A stretch of DNA of 64,000 bases from Hyalangium minutum (lineage in GTDB: Bacteria > Myxococcota > Myxococcia > Myxococcales > Myxococcaceae), in assembly GCF_000737315.1 (NCBI RefSeq), contig NZ_JMCB01000015.1:186001-250000 (forward strand). The letters run 5' to 3'. The notes beneath the pieces were generated by a model. The model saw only the letters and a list, made by a program, of their open reading frames with translations, was not told the origin of the DNA and made no database searches. Numbering within the stretch: the first letter of the stretch is position 1; every line of letters begins with the position of its first letter. The translations under genes and the position numbers were made by a program. This document shows, one piece after another, positions 8,887 to 17,832 of this stretch.

Positions 8887-10332
8887 TCACATCGTCGAGG
8901 TGGGCGCGATGGGCTCGGGGATGCCGCGCATCCGGTAGCCGAAGCGGGTGCGGATGATGGCGCCGAAGGCGACCAGCGTGGCCAGCGTCAGCACCACCGG
9001 GCCAATCCCCGGGATGGCGCCCACCGTCAGCAGCGCGAGCAGCCCCATCGCCAGCACCGCCGCCTGCGTCTTCCGGCCGCGCAGCACCGGCACCTTCACG
9101 CCGATCTCGCTGGCCAGCACAGCCAAGCCCATGGCCGCCACCACCGGTAGCACCAGCCACATCACCAGCGCCACCGGGATGCCGATGATGGTGATGGCCA
9201 GCACCGCCGTGAGCGGGACAAGCGCGATGAGCCCCAGCAGCCCTGTCACGCCGCTCTTGAGGGGCTGGCTCTTGATCTCCGCCGACAGCTCCTTCATGCG
9301 CGCCGGGAAGAGCAGCTGCCCCAGGAAGCCCAGTCCGAACAGCGCGGCGAACCGGAGGATGAACCCGATGAACCCTCCACCCGAGTGCCGCTCGGAGCGC
9401 TCGGATGTGTTGCTGGCCGTGGTCACCTCTTCGGCAGACTCCTCCTCGGGAGCCTGCTGCTTGAGGCTGTCCTTGACCTCGCTGGCCACCAGGGCGCCGA
9501 TGCCTCCGCCGCCGAAGGACTCGGTGCTGCCCTCCACGGCCGAGCCGTCCTCGCGGATGACCGAGCCGCCAATCGCCGACACATCCCCCCCCACCGAGGC
9601 CCCGTCGTGCAGGATGACGTTGCCGCCGAAGGCGTTGGCATCCCCCTCCACCCGGCCGTAGACGTCCAGGTTGCCGCCGAACGCGTTGGCGTCTTCCTCC
9701 ACCATCCCCTTCACCACCAGGTTGCCGCCGTAGACGACGGCGTTGTCCACCGTGTCGTGCTCCTTCACCTCGAGCGTCTGGCCACGGGCCACCACGTCGT
9801 GCTCCCCCGTGCCCCGGCGCTGCGCCCGACGCACCTCCTGGCGGATCCGCTGCTGGATCTCCTTCGTCGAGTCGAGGTCATCCGCCGAGAGCACCGGCAT
9901 GGCCGGCATGGAGGGCATCGCCGGCATGGAGGGCATCGCCGACATGGAGGGCAGGGCGGCCGCGGGAGGCGTCACGCTCGCGGTCTTCTCCGCGGCCGTC
10001 ATGGGGCGCAGCGTGAAGATGGAGCCATCCTGCTCCAGGCGCAGCGAGTAGGTGCGCGCTACGGTGCGCAGGGCCTGCTCGGCGGTGATGCCCTGCAGGT
10101 GCACCTCCACGGCGGTGTCTAGCTCGCCCGTGGCCACCAGGTTGAGGCCCCCTTCCTCGGAGATGCGCTTGAGCGCGTCCTTGAGCGTGCCGCGGAAGCT
10201 CACGTCGATGGTCTTCACGGCGGGCGAGGCGGCGGGGGCCTCGGCGGAAGAAGGAGCAGAGGTCTCCTGGGCGAGGGCGACCGGAGCGCCGAGCAGGAGG
10301 GTGGGCAACAGGAGTCGAGGAGCGATCTTCAT
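8887..10332 (-). CDS. Membrane protein: signal peptide, STN-like domain, polymer-forming (bactofilin-like) beta-helix repeats, C-terminal TM helices
   Basis: Start MKIAPR at 10332; GGNLVVKG..EGDANAFGGNV repeats; hydrophobic C-terminus. Confidence 0.75.
   Translation of the reverse strand: MKIAPRLLLPTLLLGAPVALAQETSAPSSAEAPAASPAVKTIDVSFRGTLKDALKRISEEGGLNLVATGELDTAVEVHLQGITAEQALRTVARTYSLRLEQDGSIFTLRPMTAAEKTASVTPPAAALPSMSAMPSMPAMPSMPAMPVLSADDLDSTKEIQQRIRQEVRRAQRRGTGEHDVVARGQTLEVKEHDTVDNAVVYGGNLVVKGMVEEDANAFGGNLDVYGRVEGDANAFGGNVILHDGASVGGDVSAIGGSVIREDGSAVEGSTESFGGGGIGALVASEVKDSLKQQAPEEESAEEVTTASNTSERSERHSGGGFIGFILRFAALFGLGFLGQLLFPARMKELSAEIKSQPLKSGVTGLLGLIALVPLTAVLAITIIGIPVALVMWLVLPVVAAMGLAVLASEIGVKVPVLRGRKTQAAVLAMGLLALLTVGAIPGIGPVVLTLATLVAFGAIIRTRFGYRMRGIPEPIAPTSTM
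9903..9956. repeat. 18-bp tandem repeat x3 encoding a PSMPAM-like linker
   Basis: CCGGCATGGAGGGCATCG occurs twice exactly, then as a third degenerate copy. Confidence 0.85.
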
Positions 10333-10586
10333 GGGGCACCTGGGCGAGGTTGCCTGGCCCGCGACGCCCCGGTGAGCCGGGGACTGCGGACCAGGCGAGG
10401 AGAGCGACAGCGTTCGCATCCAGGTCTACGGGGCAGGCTTCCCCCCATTGCACCCTGATCATCGTTCCCAAGGGAGAGCGCGGACGCCCGCCTGCCGCTC
10501 TGGCCTCAGCGAGGGGAGGTGGGCTTTTCACCCAGGCTGTACGGCCGGGGGACTCCGCTGGAGGGGATCCGCGCTAATCTGTAGGC

Positions 10587-11456
10587 ATGCTCCACCACCT
10601 GCGCTTCTTCGCTGAACGCAACCCGGCGGCTCACCGGGTGCACCAAGAGAGCTTCTGCGGCGTATGCCAGGGGCAGGGGCGCTTCTCCGGTGCCATGAGC
10701 TCCCTGGCCATCAACTACCTGCAGGCGTACTTCAACCTGATCGCCTGTGGCCTCGAGGGGGTCCCCGCGCAGAAGAAGGCTTGCCTCACCGAGCCGTGGT
10801 CGCGCGTGGGTGTCCGTCGGGCCTCGCCCCGGGCGGAGAGCTTCCTGGCGGCGGTAAACCTGTTGCTCCTCGGCTCGTGGCTTCGCCTCCAGAAGGAGCG
10901 GGGGGATCGCCGGGCCTCGGTCGGTCTGTTCATGCTGCGCTCGGGGTTGCGCAAGTCCGAGGAGGAGGTGCGTGGCGCCGGCCTGGAGCCCGAGCGCTTC
11001 CAGGGGCTGCCGCTGGCGGATCCGCTCTCCGACGGTCTGCCGGAGGTGTTCGCGGAGGTCATGGTCCGGCTCGCGGAGCTGTGCGGCCGGCCCGAGCAGG
11101 CGGAGCAGATGGCCGGGATGGGACGCGCGTTGGCTCGGGGCCTGGTGCTCTGGCACGTGTCGGTGCCTCCCAGCCCGGACAATCCCGACTGGTTTCCCGA
11201 GCTGCGTCAGCAACTGGCCCAGGATCCCGAGGGCCTGCGCCAGAGGCTGGAGAGCCAGCTGGCCGAGCTGCGCACGCACCTGGAGGCCCTGCCCCTGGGC
11301 GACTCGCAGGAGGCTGCGCTGGCGGTGGTGGACTCCATGAAGGAGGGAGAGCGGGTCCAGCAGCCGTTGAGAGGCGATCCGTTCGAGGCCTACAAGCGGC
11401 GCTGGGTGCAGTCTGGGGACCCCTGCGAGCTCCCCGGTGGCATCATTCGCCGCTGA
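10587..11456 (+). CDS. Hypothetical protein, DUF5685-like
   Basis: SFCGVCQGQGRFSGAMSSLAINYLQAYF resembles the YCGLC..LG..YG...RL.LNYD..F N-terminus of DUF5685 proteins. Assignment is from recalled consensus only. Confidence 0.5.
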   Translation: MLHHLRFFAERNPAAHRVHQESFCGVCQGQGRFSGAMSSLAINYLQAYFNLIACGLEGVPAQKKACLTEPWSRVGVRRASPRAESFLAAVNLLLLGSWLRLQKERGDRRASVGLFMLRSGLRKSEEEVRGAGLEPERFQGLPLADPLSDGLPEVFAEVMVRLAELCGRPEQAEQMAGMGRALARGLVLWHVSVPPSPDNPDWFPELRQQLAQDPEGLRQRLESQLAELRTHLEALPLGDSQEAALAVVDSMKEGERVQQPLRGDPFEAYKRRWVQSGDPCELPGGIIRR

Positions 11457-13770
11457 CATCCTGGGGGGCCGGGCCCAGCCGAGGCTTGAACGTCATCAGC
11501 AGCACCGGGCTCAGGAACGCATCCGCGAGGCCCGCGGCCCACAGGGTGAGCCCCGTGAGCAGCCCCAGGTTGGCGAGGCCCTCGAAGCGGGAGAACTGCA
11601 GCAGCAGGAAGCCTCCCGCCACCGCCGCCGACGTGACGATCATCGCCCGGCCGCACTCGTGGAGCGTCTCCAGCGCGGCCTTTCGGTGGGGCTCGGAGGC
11701 GCCCTCGGCTCGCAGCGCCAGGAAGCGCCGCTTGTAGCGGACGAGGTACTGCAGCGTGTCGTCATCGGCGATCACCAGGGCCATGCTCGCGATGAGCACC
11801 GTGGAGGGCTTGAGGTGGATCCCCAGCACGGCCATGGCTCCGAAGAGCACGCCCACCGGCAGCACGTTGGGCACCAGCCCGATCAGCGCCAGCTTCGCGC
11901 TGCGCAGCACCAGGAAGAACGCGAGGAAGCTCACCCCCAGCGCCGCCGCGAAGCTCTGCAGCAGCCCCCGCGTCAGCATGCCCGTCACGTGTGCCGTCAT
12001 CGCCACGTTGCCCGTGACGCTCGCGCGGTAGCCTGGCGGCACCTCCTTCGTCACGAAGGCCTGGGCGGACTCCACCACCTCCTGCATCCGCGCCGCGCCG
12101 AGGTTGGGCAGCAGCGCCACCACGCCCGCGGCCCGCCGGTTCTCCGCCAGCACCGTGTCCAGCGGCTGGTAGCGCGCCAGCTTGCCCACGGCGGTCGCGT
12201 TGGCCTCCTCGGTCTCCACCAGCAGGCCGTCGCCCCAGAGCGCCGCGTTCACCGGCGCCAGCATGCGCGGCAGGCTCACCACGGGCGGATGCTCGGGGAT
12301 GGCCGCCAGGAAGGCGTCCACCTTGCTCTGGAAGGCCATCGCTTCGGGCTCCAGCACCGAGTGTGACGCGCTGCCCTCCGGCTCCAGGAAGATGGCCAGC
12401 GGCACCAGTCCGCCCAGCGCCTCCTGCGCGTAGGTCAGCTCCGCCGCCAGCGGCGAGTCCGCGCGCAGGTCATCGAACACCCGGAACTCCCGCTGCAGCC
12501 GCGTGAGCGACAGCACGCTCAGCAAGGCCACGGCTCCGGCCACGGCCAGCACACGGCGCGGGTGTGTCACGGTCTGCCGCTCCACCCACCGCAGCATCGC
12601 GTCCAGAGGCCTCGTGCGCGCCTCGGAGGACTGCGGTCGGGCGCTCACCGTGGCCTTGTTCGGGCGCAGCAGCAGCATCCACGGCAGCATCAGCATGTTC
12701 GCCACCCATGCGAGCACCACCCCCAGCGCCGTAGCGAGCCCGAACTCGTAGACCGCCGTGAGGCCGATGAGCCCCATCGACACGAAGCCCGCGGCGATGA
12801 CCAGCTCGGTGGCCAGGCACGGTCCCGCTGCCGAGGCCATCGTCTCGATGAGTGCCTGCCGGTACTCCGTCCCCGAGCGGCGGCGCTCCTCCAGATCCGA
12901 CAGCACGTGCACGGTGTCCGTCAGCGACACCACCAGCACCACGATGGGCGAGAACGAGGTGAGGATGCCCAGCGGCACCTGCAGCCACCCCATGGCGCCC
13001 ACCATCCACACCCACGAGGCCACCAGCGTGCCCGCCGAGGCCACCACCGCCCAGGCATCCCGGTACGCGAAGGCCACCAGCCCGAGGATGACCAGCAGCG
13101 CCAGGGGCAGCAGCCGGCCCATGTCCTCCTCGATCATCCGCGCCAGCGTGGCCCGCACCGCCGGAGCCCCTGTCAGCGTCAGGTGTAGCTCAGGGCTCGC
13201 ATGCCGCTCGAGCACAGCCTGGGCCGCGGAGGTGAAGTCGCGCTCGGAGATGAGGCGCTCGGCGCCGCTGCCGGGAACGAGTGCCACCTGCACCACGGCC
13301 AGCTCGCGTGTGGGGTGCACGAGCATCCGCATGAGCGGATCCTGGCGCGCCTCCTCCAGCGCCTTCTTCAGGAGGTCGGGGCTGGCCCGGGACTCCACGG
13401 GAAAGAGCAGATCATCGGTCTTCCGTACGGAAGCCGGTCCCACCACGTGCCGGACGCGCGGCAGGGCGCGCAGGGCGTCCTCCAACTGGGCCAGGGTGGA
13501 CAGGCCCTCCGGAGTGAAGACACGCGGGCCCTCGGCGATGACGAACGCCTGCGTGTCCTCGCCCGGGAAGGTGCTCCGGTAGCGATCGAAGTCCGCCTTG
13601 GCTGCGTCCCCGAACGGGTGCATCCGCTCGATGGAAGGATCCATCGGCACACGGGCCCCGCCCACGAGGGCCAGCGCCCACAGTCCCATGAGTCCCAGTA
13701 CCAGGGGCCATCGGCGCGTCAGCAGGCGCTCGAAGACCGCCCGCCAGCTCACTGCCGCTGCCCTCTCCAC
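11443..13770 (-). CDS. MMPL/RND family transporter
   Basis: Two periplasmic loops and two TM bundles; LTDTVH and ADDDTLQY motifs typical of MMPL/HpnN-like proteins. Confidence 0.9.
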   Translation of the reverse strand: MERAAAVSWRAVFERLLTRRWPLVLGLMGLWALALVGGARVPMDPSIERMHPFGDAAKADFDRYRSTFPGEDTQAFVIAEGPRVFTPEGLSTLAQLEDALRALPRVRHVVGPASVRKTDDLLFPVESRASPDLLKKALEEARQDPLMRMLVHPTRELAVVQVALVPGSGAERLISERDFTSAAQAVLERHASPELHLTLTGAPAVRATLARMIEEDMGRLLPLALLVILGLVAFAYRDAWAVVASAGTLVASWVWMVGAMGWLQVPLGILTSFSPIVVLVVSLTDTVHVLSDLEERRRSGTEYRQALIETMASAAGPCLATELVIAAGFVSMGLIGLTAVYEFGLATALGVVLAWVANMLMLPWMLLLRPNKATVSARPQSSEARTRPLDAMLRWVERQTVTHPRRVLAVAGAVALLSVLSLTRLQREFRVFDDLRADSPLAAELTYAQEALGGLVPLAIFLEPEGSASHSVLEPEAMAFQSKVDAFLAAIPEHPPVVSLPRMLAPVNAALWGDGLLVETEEANATAVGKLARYQPLDTVLAENRRAAGVVALLPNLGAARMQEVVESAQAFVTKEVPPGYRASVTGNVAMTAHVTGMLTRGLLQSFAAALGVSFLAFFLVLRSAKLALIGLVPNVLPVGVLFGAMAVLGIHLKPSTVLIASMALVIADDDTLQYLVRYKRRFLALRAEGASEPHRKAALETLHECGRAMIVTSAAVAGGFLLLQFSRFEGLANLGLLTGLTLWAAGLADAFLSPVLLMTFKPRLGPAPQDVSGE

Positions 13771-14528
13771 CGGCTGAGGAAGTGCAGCATCTCCGCGCGG
13801 AAGCCGAACGGCTCCGTGGAGCCAGGAGGCAGGCCCAGCGCAGCAGGGGAGTCATCGGGCCGAGGCCAGGAGGCCGTGCCGAAGAGGACGTCGAACACCG
13901 TCAGCATGGAGCCATAGTTGCCTCGGCCCTGCGAGTGGTGGTGGAGCCGATGGTACGCAGGGCTCACCACAATCCAGTCCAGCCACCCCAGCGAGTACCC
14001 CATGTCCGAGTGGTGGTACGTGAGGAGCACCGCGTACAGCGCGAAGTACAGCTGCATGGACAGCGGCGAGAATCCCAACACCGTCAAGAGCGCGGTCAGC
14101 AGGGTCCCCGAGATGGCGACCTCCAGCCCGTGCGTGTGCGAGACCATCCACACGCTGAAGTGCTCCTCGCGGTGGTGCTGGAAGTGGAACACCCAGAGGG
14201 AGGCGAAGCGGTGCTTCACATAGTGGCTGATCCAGCTCACCAGCTCGGCCACCAGCGTGCAGGCCAGGAAGTCCACGGCGAACGGCAGCGTGTCAGGGAC
14301 TATCAGCGTGGGCAGGTGGGCGCGGGACCACACACCCGCGGACTGCAGGAAGTACATCGGCACGAGGCTCGCCACGAAGAACGTCCAGTTTCGCCGGCGG
14401 CGGGGGCCCGGTCCAAAGGTGTCCGCGCGGAACCGCGGATTGCGGAGCTCCAGCAGCACCAGGCCCACCAAGGCCAGGGCCGTGGCGACATGAAACATTG
14501 CGGCATCCATCGGGATGCAGCCTCTCAC
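13749..14528 (-). CDS. Sterol desaturase / fatty acid hydroxylase family protein
   Basis: His boxes HYVKH, HFQHH and HRLHH plus GNYG..LTVFDVLFGT. The start may be at 14507. Confidence 0.9.
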   Translation of the reverse strand: MRGCIPMDAAMFHVATALALVGLVLLELRNPRFRADTFGPGPRRRRNWTFFVASLVPMYFLQSAGVWSRAHLPTLIVPDTLPFAVDFLACTLVAELVSWISHYVKHRFASLWVFHFQHHREEHFSVWMVSHTHGLEVAISGTLLTALLTVLGFSPLSMQLYFALYAVLLTYHHSDMGYSLGWLDWIVVSPAYHRLHHHSQGRGNYGSMLTVFDVLFGTASWPRPDDSPAALGLPPGSTEPFGFRAEMLHFLSRWRGQRQ

Positions 14529-14561
14529 GACCCAGGGCTCTTCTCCCAGCCCCCCTCCTAC

Positions 14562-17500
14562 CTATGCCCGGCTGGCAGTGCTCGGGCGGAGGCCCGCCCT
14601 GGCAGGACCGCCAGGAAGGGGCTTGGAAGAACCGTGGCGACCCTTGGGCGGAACCTCGTCAGGGCAGCCGTCTTCGTCCTTGAAGCCGTTGCGGGTCTCC
14701 GGCTCGGTCGGGCACCTGTCCACTGCGTCCCGCACGCCGTCATTGTCGTTGTCCGGGTCGGGGCAGCCGTCCTCATCCTGGAAGCCGTCCTTGTCCTCGG
14801 GGAACTGCGGGCAGCGGTCCTGGTCGTCCGTGATCCCATCGCCGTCTAGGTCTACCCGCCGCGGGCGGGGCAGCTCGTCCGGGCAGCCATCCGTGTCTTC
14901 GAACTCGTTCAGCGTCTCCGGCTGGTTCGGGCAGTGATCGGTGGCATCCAGGATGCCGTCACCGTCGGTGTCGGCGTTCGGATCGACAGGACGGGCGCCG
15001 CTCTGGAAGCCCCAGTCTTTCAGGAAGCCGCCCCTGTCCTCGGGCTCCTGCGGATACTCTTCCGAGGACGGCCGGGACTTGCTGCGAGCAGAGGCCGCCT
15101 CCGCCTTCTCGGTCCACATGATTGCCGCCAGCAGGCGGAAGCCCGGCGTGCCATAGCCCCGGGTGAGGCCCATGCCGCTGCCCAGGTGCGCCGCCAGCGA
15201 GTCCGTGAAGCGGTACTTCAAGGCCGCCAGGAGCTCCAGCGGGCGTTCCTCGAGGTCCCACTCATTCAGGCCTCGGGCGCCCACCAGCGTGGCCTCGGCG
15301 GCCAGCCGGTGCGGGCCCACGAGGAAGGGCACCTCGGTACCGAGGCCGTAGGCGAACTCGTTGCTGACATTCAAGTTGTAGAACTGCGCCCGGGGCTGGA
15401 CGTTGATGCCCAGGTGGACCAGCACGCGCGCGCCGTTGACATGGGTCCACTCTCCGAGCAGCCGCGGGAAGAACGCCACGCCGCGGCGGCCCATGAACCC
15501 CTTGCCGCCCGAGGTGGGCAGCAGCACCGGCACCGTCACTCCGAGCTGCAGCCCGTTGTCGAAGGAGCGAAGGTGCGCCTTCGGCACGAGGCGCAGGTCC
15601 CCCATGCCTTCGGCATGGATTCCGTCGCCGAGCACAGGCGCCACGGAGAATGCGGGCGCGGAGTTCTGGGTGGTGAAGGGCACCACCATGCCGAGCTCGA
15701 ACTGGTCGTACAGCGACACGGCGCCCATTAGGTCGACGGTGGTCTGGTGCTTGACGATCTCGTAGATGAACTCGCCCGTCAGGGGCTGGCGGAAGTTGAA
15801 CGGGTCCCTCGCGTAGCTGAAGGACAGTCCCAGGTTCCAGTCGAGGTGCCGGCCCACTTGTGGGCTCTGCACCCCGAGCACATCCTTCCCACCCGGGCCG
15901 GGCTTGAACTGCTGCACGTCGATGCCCTGCGACGCCTGATCCGCGTTCTGCGCGCGGGCGGGCGCCGAGACCAGCAGGGCGGCGAGCAGACCCAGCACGC
16001 TCCAGTGCTTCTCCGAGCCGCGGAGGGCCTGACGGCGGCGCAAGAGCGTCAGGGCGAGCAACAGCGCCAGGGGCAACAGCGTGCTGGTGCCCGTGGAGGC
16101 GCAGCCACGGCCTCCCGTGGCCAAATCGTCCGCGTAGTTGAGCGGGTTGCGCCCGGCGTTGACCTCGTCCCCGTCGCTCATGCCTCCGCCGTCCGTGTCC
16201 CATTTGCCCGGGTCTGTTCCGCGCCGCAGTTCCTCGTCATCGGTCAGACCGTCGCCGTCGGAGTCCCCTGGGCCCACCGTCACCGTTACCGTGACGGGCG
16301 TGGAGTCCTCGGTGCCATCGGAGACCGTGTACGTGAACGTCACGGTGCCCTCGAAGTCCGGAGCCGGGGTGAACACGACGTGGGTGCGGTCGGTGCTGAT
16401 GGAGACGGTGCCGCTGGTGGGCTGGGTCACCTTGGAGACGGTGAGCGTCTCGCCGCTGTCCGGTTCACTGGAGTCATTGGTCAGCACACGCAGCAGGGAC
16501 GCCCTGTTGCCAGGGACCGTGAACGTGTCATCCCTGCCCGTGGGCGGGTCGTTCACCGGAGTGACCTTCACGGTGACCACGGCCTCGGCGGTCTCGCCGT
16601 CCTTGTCCTTCACCCGGTACTTATAGGTGGTCGTCCCGTTGAAGTTGGGAGAGGGCGTGAAAATGACCGCGTGGTCCGCGTTCACCGCCGCCGCGCCGTT
16701 GGGGGACGGCGTGACGATGTCGATGGTCAGCGGCGTGTCCCGGAGCCCCTGGTCATTGATCAGCACCTCCATCCTGACCGCCGTGTCCTCTGGGGTTGTT
16801 GCGGTGTCGGGAGAGGCGCTGGGGGTGCCCGCGAGGTCCAGCCGACTCGCCTCCGGGGCGGCATCGGCCAGGTTGCTGGGAATGCCCGCGGAGCAGCCGA
16901 AGTCCGCGTTGAGCGAGTAGTTCCGAGCGTTGGTGCCGCCCCAGACGACGATGTTGGCGGCGGTGCTGATCTGCGCGACCTTCAGCGCCGTCTTCGGGAG
17001 GACCAGGGTCACCCAGTAGTCCGCATTGCCGTTGAAGTTGCTGCCGTCGGTGGTGATCTTGACGTTGTAGTAGTCCGAGGCGGGCGTGAAGTCCTGGAGC
17101 ATGTCGGCCGCCTCTTCGCCCGCCGGATCACTGGGGTTGCCGGGCTCCTTGCGGCTGTTGCGCACCCAGCGGACCTTGGTGCCGCCCAGGTTGCCGTCGG
17201 CCGTGAGCATGTACTCGTAGGCCTGCGGATTGTTGTCCTGGTCCACCAGCACGTCCCAGCTCGAGGGCAGGAGGTCCACGCCGTTCTGCGCCCGCGGGTC
17301 GCCGTCGATGCGCAGCCGGAAGAACACGTGGTCCGTATCGGCGGCCCGGAAGAAGGCGGGGTAGGTGGTGTCTCCCACCAGGTCTCGCTCCGGGGTGCTC
17401 GGGACGGCATCGCCGGGGACATCGAACGCGTTGACGCCCCCGCAGCGATACGGGGAGAAGGCCGAGTCAGGGGGGATGGAGATCACCGCCTGCCGCGCGA

Positions 17501-17639
17501 TTCCCAGGGCCGAGGCGCTCTCGATGGAGGGACCCTCCGAGCATGCGGCCACTATCGCTACCAGCAACCCCACCCCGGCACGGGAGAGACGTCTCCGTGC
17601 GGAGCAGGCCGAGGGACTCGCGCTTCGGGAGGGGCTCAT
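14562..17639 (-). CDS. Large surface protein: lipoprotein signal, cadherin-like/Ig repeats, internal MYXO-CTERM-like segment, outer-membrane beta-barrel, TSP3 repeats
   Basis: Lipobox VAAC; two DTATTPED/VNDPPTGRDDTF Ig-like repeats; GGRGCASTG-hydrophobic-RRR segment; barrel region (GIDVQQFKP...GDLRLVPK); DxDGDGI.D..D.CP repeats. Confidence 0.8.
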   Translation of the reverse strand: MSPSRSASPSACSARRRLSRAGVGLLVAIVAACSEGPSIESASALGIARQAVISIPPDSAFSPYRCGGVNAFDVPGDAVPSTPERDLVGDTTYPAFFRAADTDHVFFRLRIDGDPRAQNGVDLLPSSWDVLVDQDNNPQAYEYMLTADGNLGGTKVRWVRNSRKEPGNPSDPAGEEAADMLQDFTPASDYYNVKITTDGSNFNGNADYWVTLVLPKTALKVAQISTAANIVVWGGTNARNYSLNADFGCSAGIPSNLADAAPEASRLDLAGTPSASPDTATTPEDTAVRMEVLINDQGLRDTPLTIDIVTPSPNGAAAVNADHAVIFTPSPNFNGTTTYKYRVKDKDGETAEAVVTVKVTPVNDPPTGRDDTFTVPGNRASLLRVLTNDSSEPDSGETLTVSKVTQPTSGTVSISTDRTHVVFTPAPDFEGTVTFTYTVSDGTEDSTPVTVTVTVGPGDSDGDGLTDDEELRRGTDPGKWDTDGGGMSDGDEVNAGRNPLNYADDLATGGRGCASTGTSTLLPLALLLALTLLRRRQALRGSEKHWSVLGLLAALLVSAPARAQNADQASQGIDVQQFKPGPGGKDVLGVQSPQVGRHLDWNLGLSFSYARDPFNFRQPLTGEFIYEIVKHQTTVDLMGAVSLYDQFELGMVVPFTTQNSAPAFSVAPVLGDGIHAEGMGDLRLVPKAHLRSFDNGLQLGVTVPVLLPTSGGKGFMGRRGVAFFPRLLGEWTHVNGARVLVHLGINVQPRAQFYNLNVSNEFAYGLGTEVPFLVGPHRLAAEATLVGARGLNEWDLEERPLELLAALKYRFTDSLAAHLGSGMGLTRGYGTPGFRLLAAIMWTEKAEAASARSKSRPSSEEYPQEPEDRGGFLKDWGFQSGARPVDPNADTDGDGILDATDHCPNQPETLNEFEDTDGCPDELPRPRRVDLDGDGITDDQDRCPQFPEDKDGFQDEDGCPDPDNDNDGVRDAVDRCPTEPETRNGFKDEDGCPDEVPPKGRHGSSKPLPGGPARAGLRPSTASRA

Positions 17640-17766
17640 GGGTGGAGTGAGGACGAAGTGGTGGGGTGTGCTTGCAGGTGGGTGCAGCCCGTGAGTGCTC
17701 GAACGGAGAGTTCAGCAGCAATGCCGCGGCTGCACCAGCAGGGAGCCGTCCGGTTCCCGCAAGAAA

Positions 17767-17799
17767 AACGCCGTGCCAGGGGAGACCCGGCACGGCGTT
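17767..17799 (-). terminator. Rho-independent terminator downstream of bet
   Basis: AACGCCGTGCC/GGCACGGCGTT inverted repeat followed on the minus strand by TTTTTCTT. Confidence 0.75.
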
Positions 17800-17832
17800 C
17801 GTGTTCTCAGCGTTCCTTCAGAAGCCCTGGGA

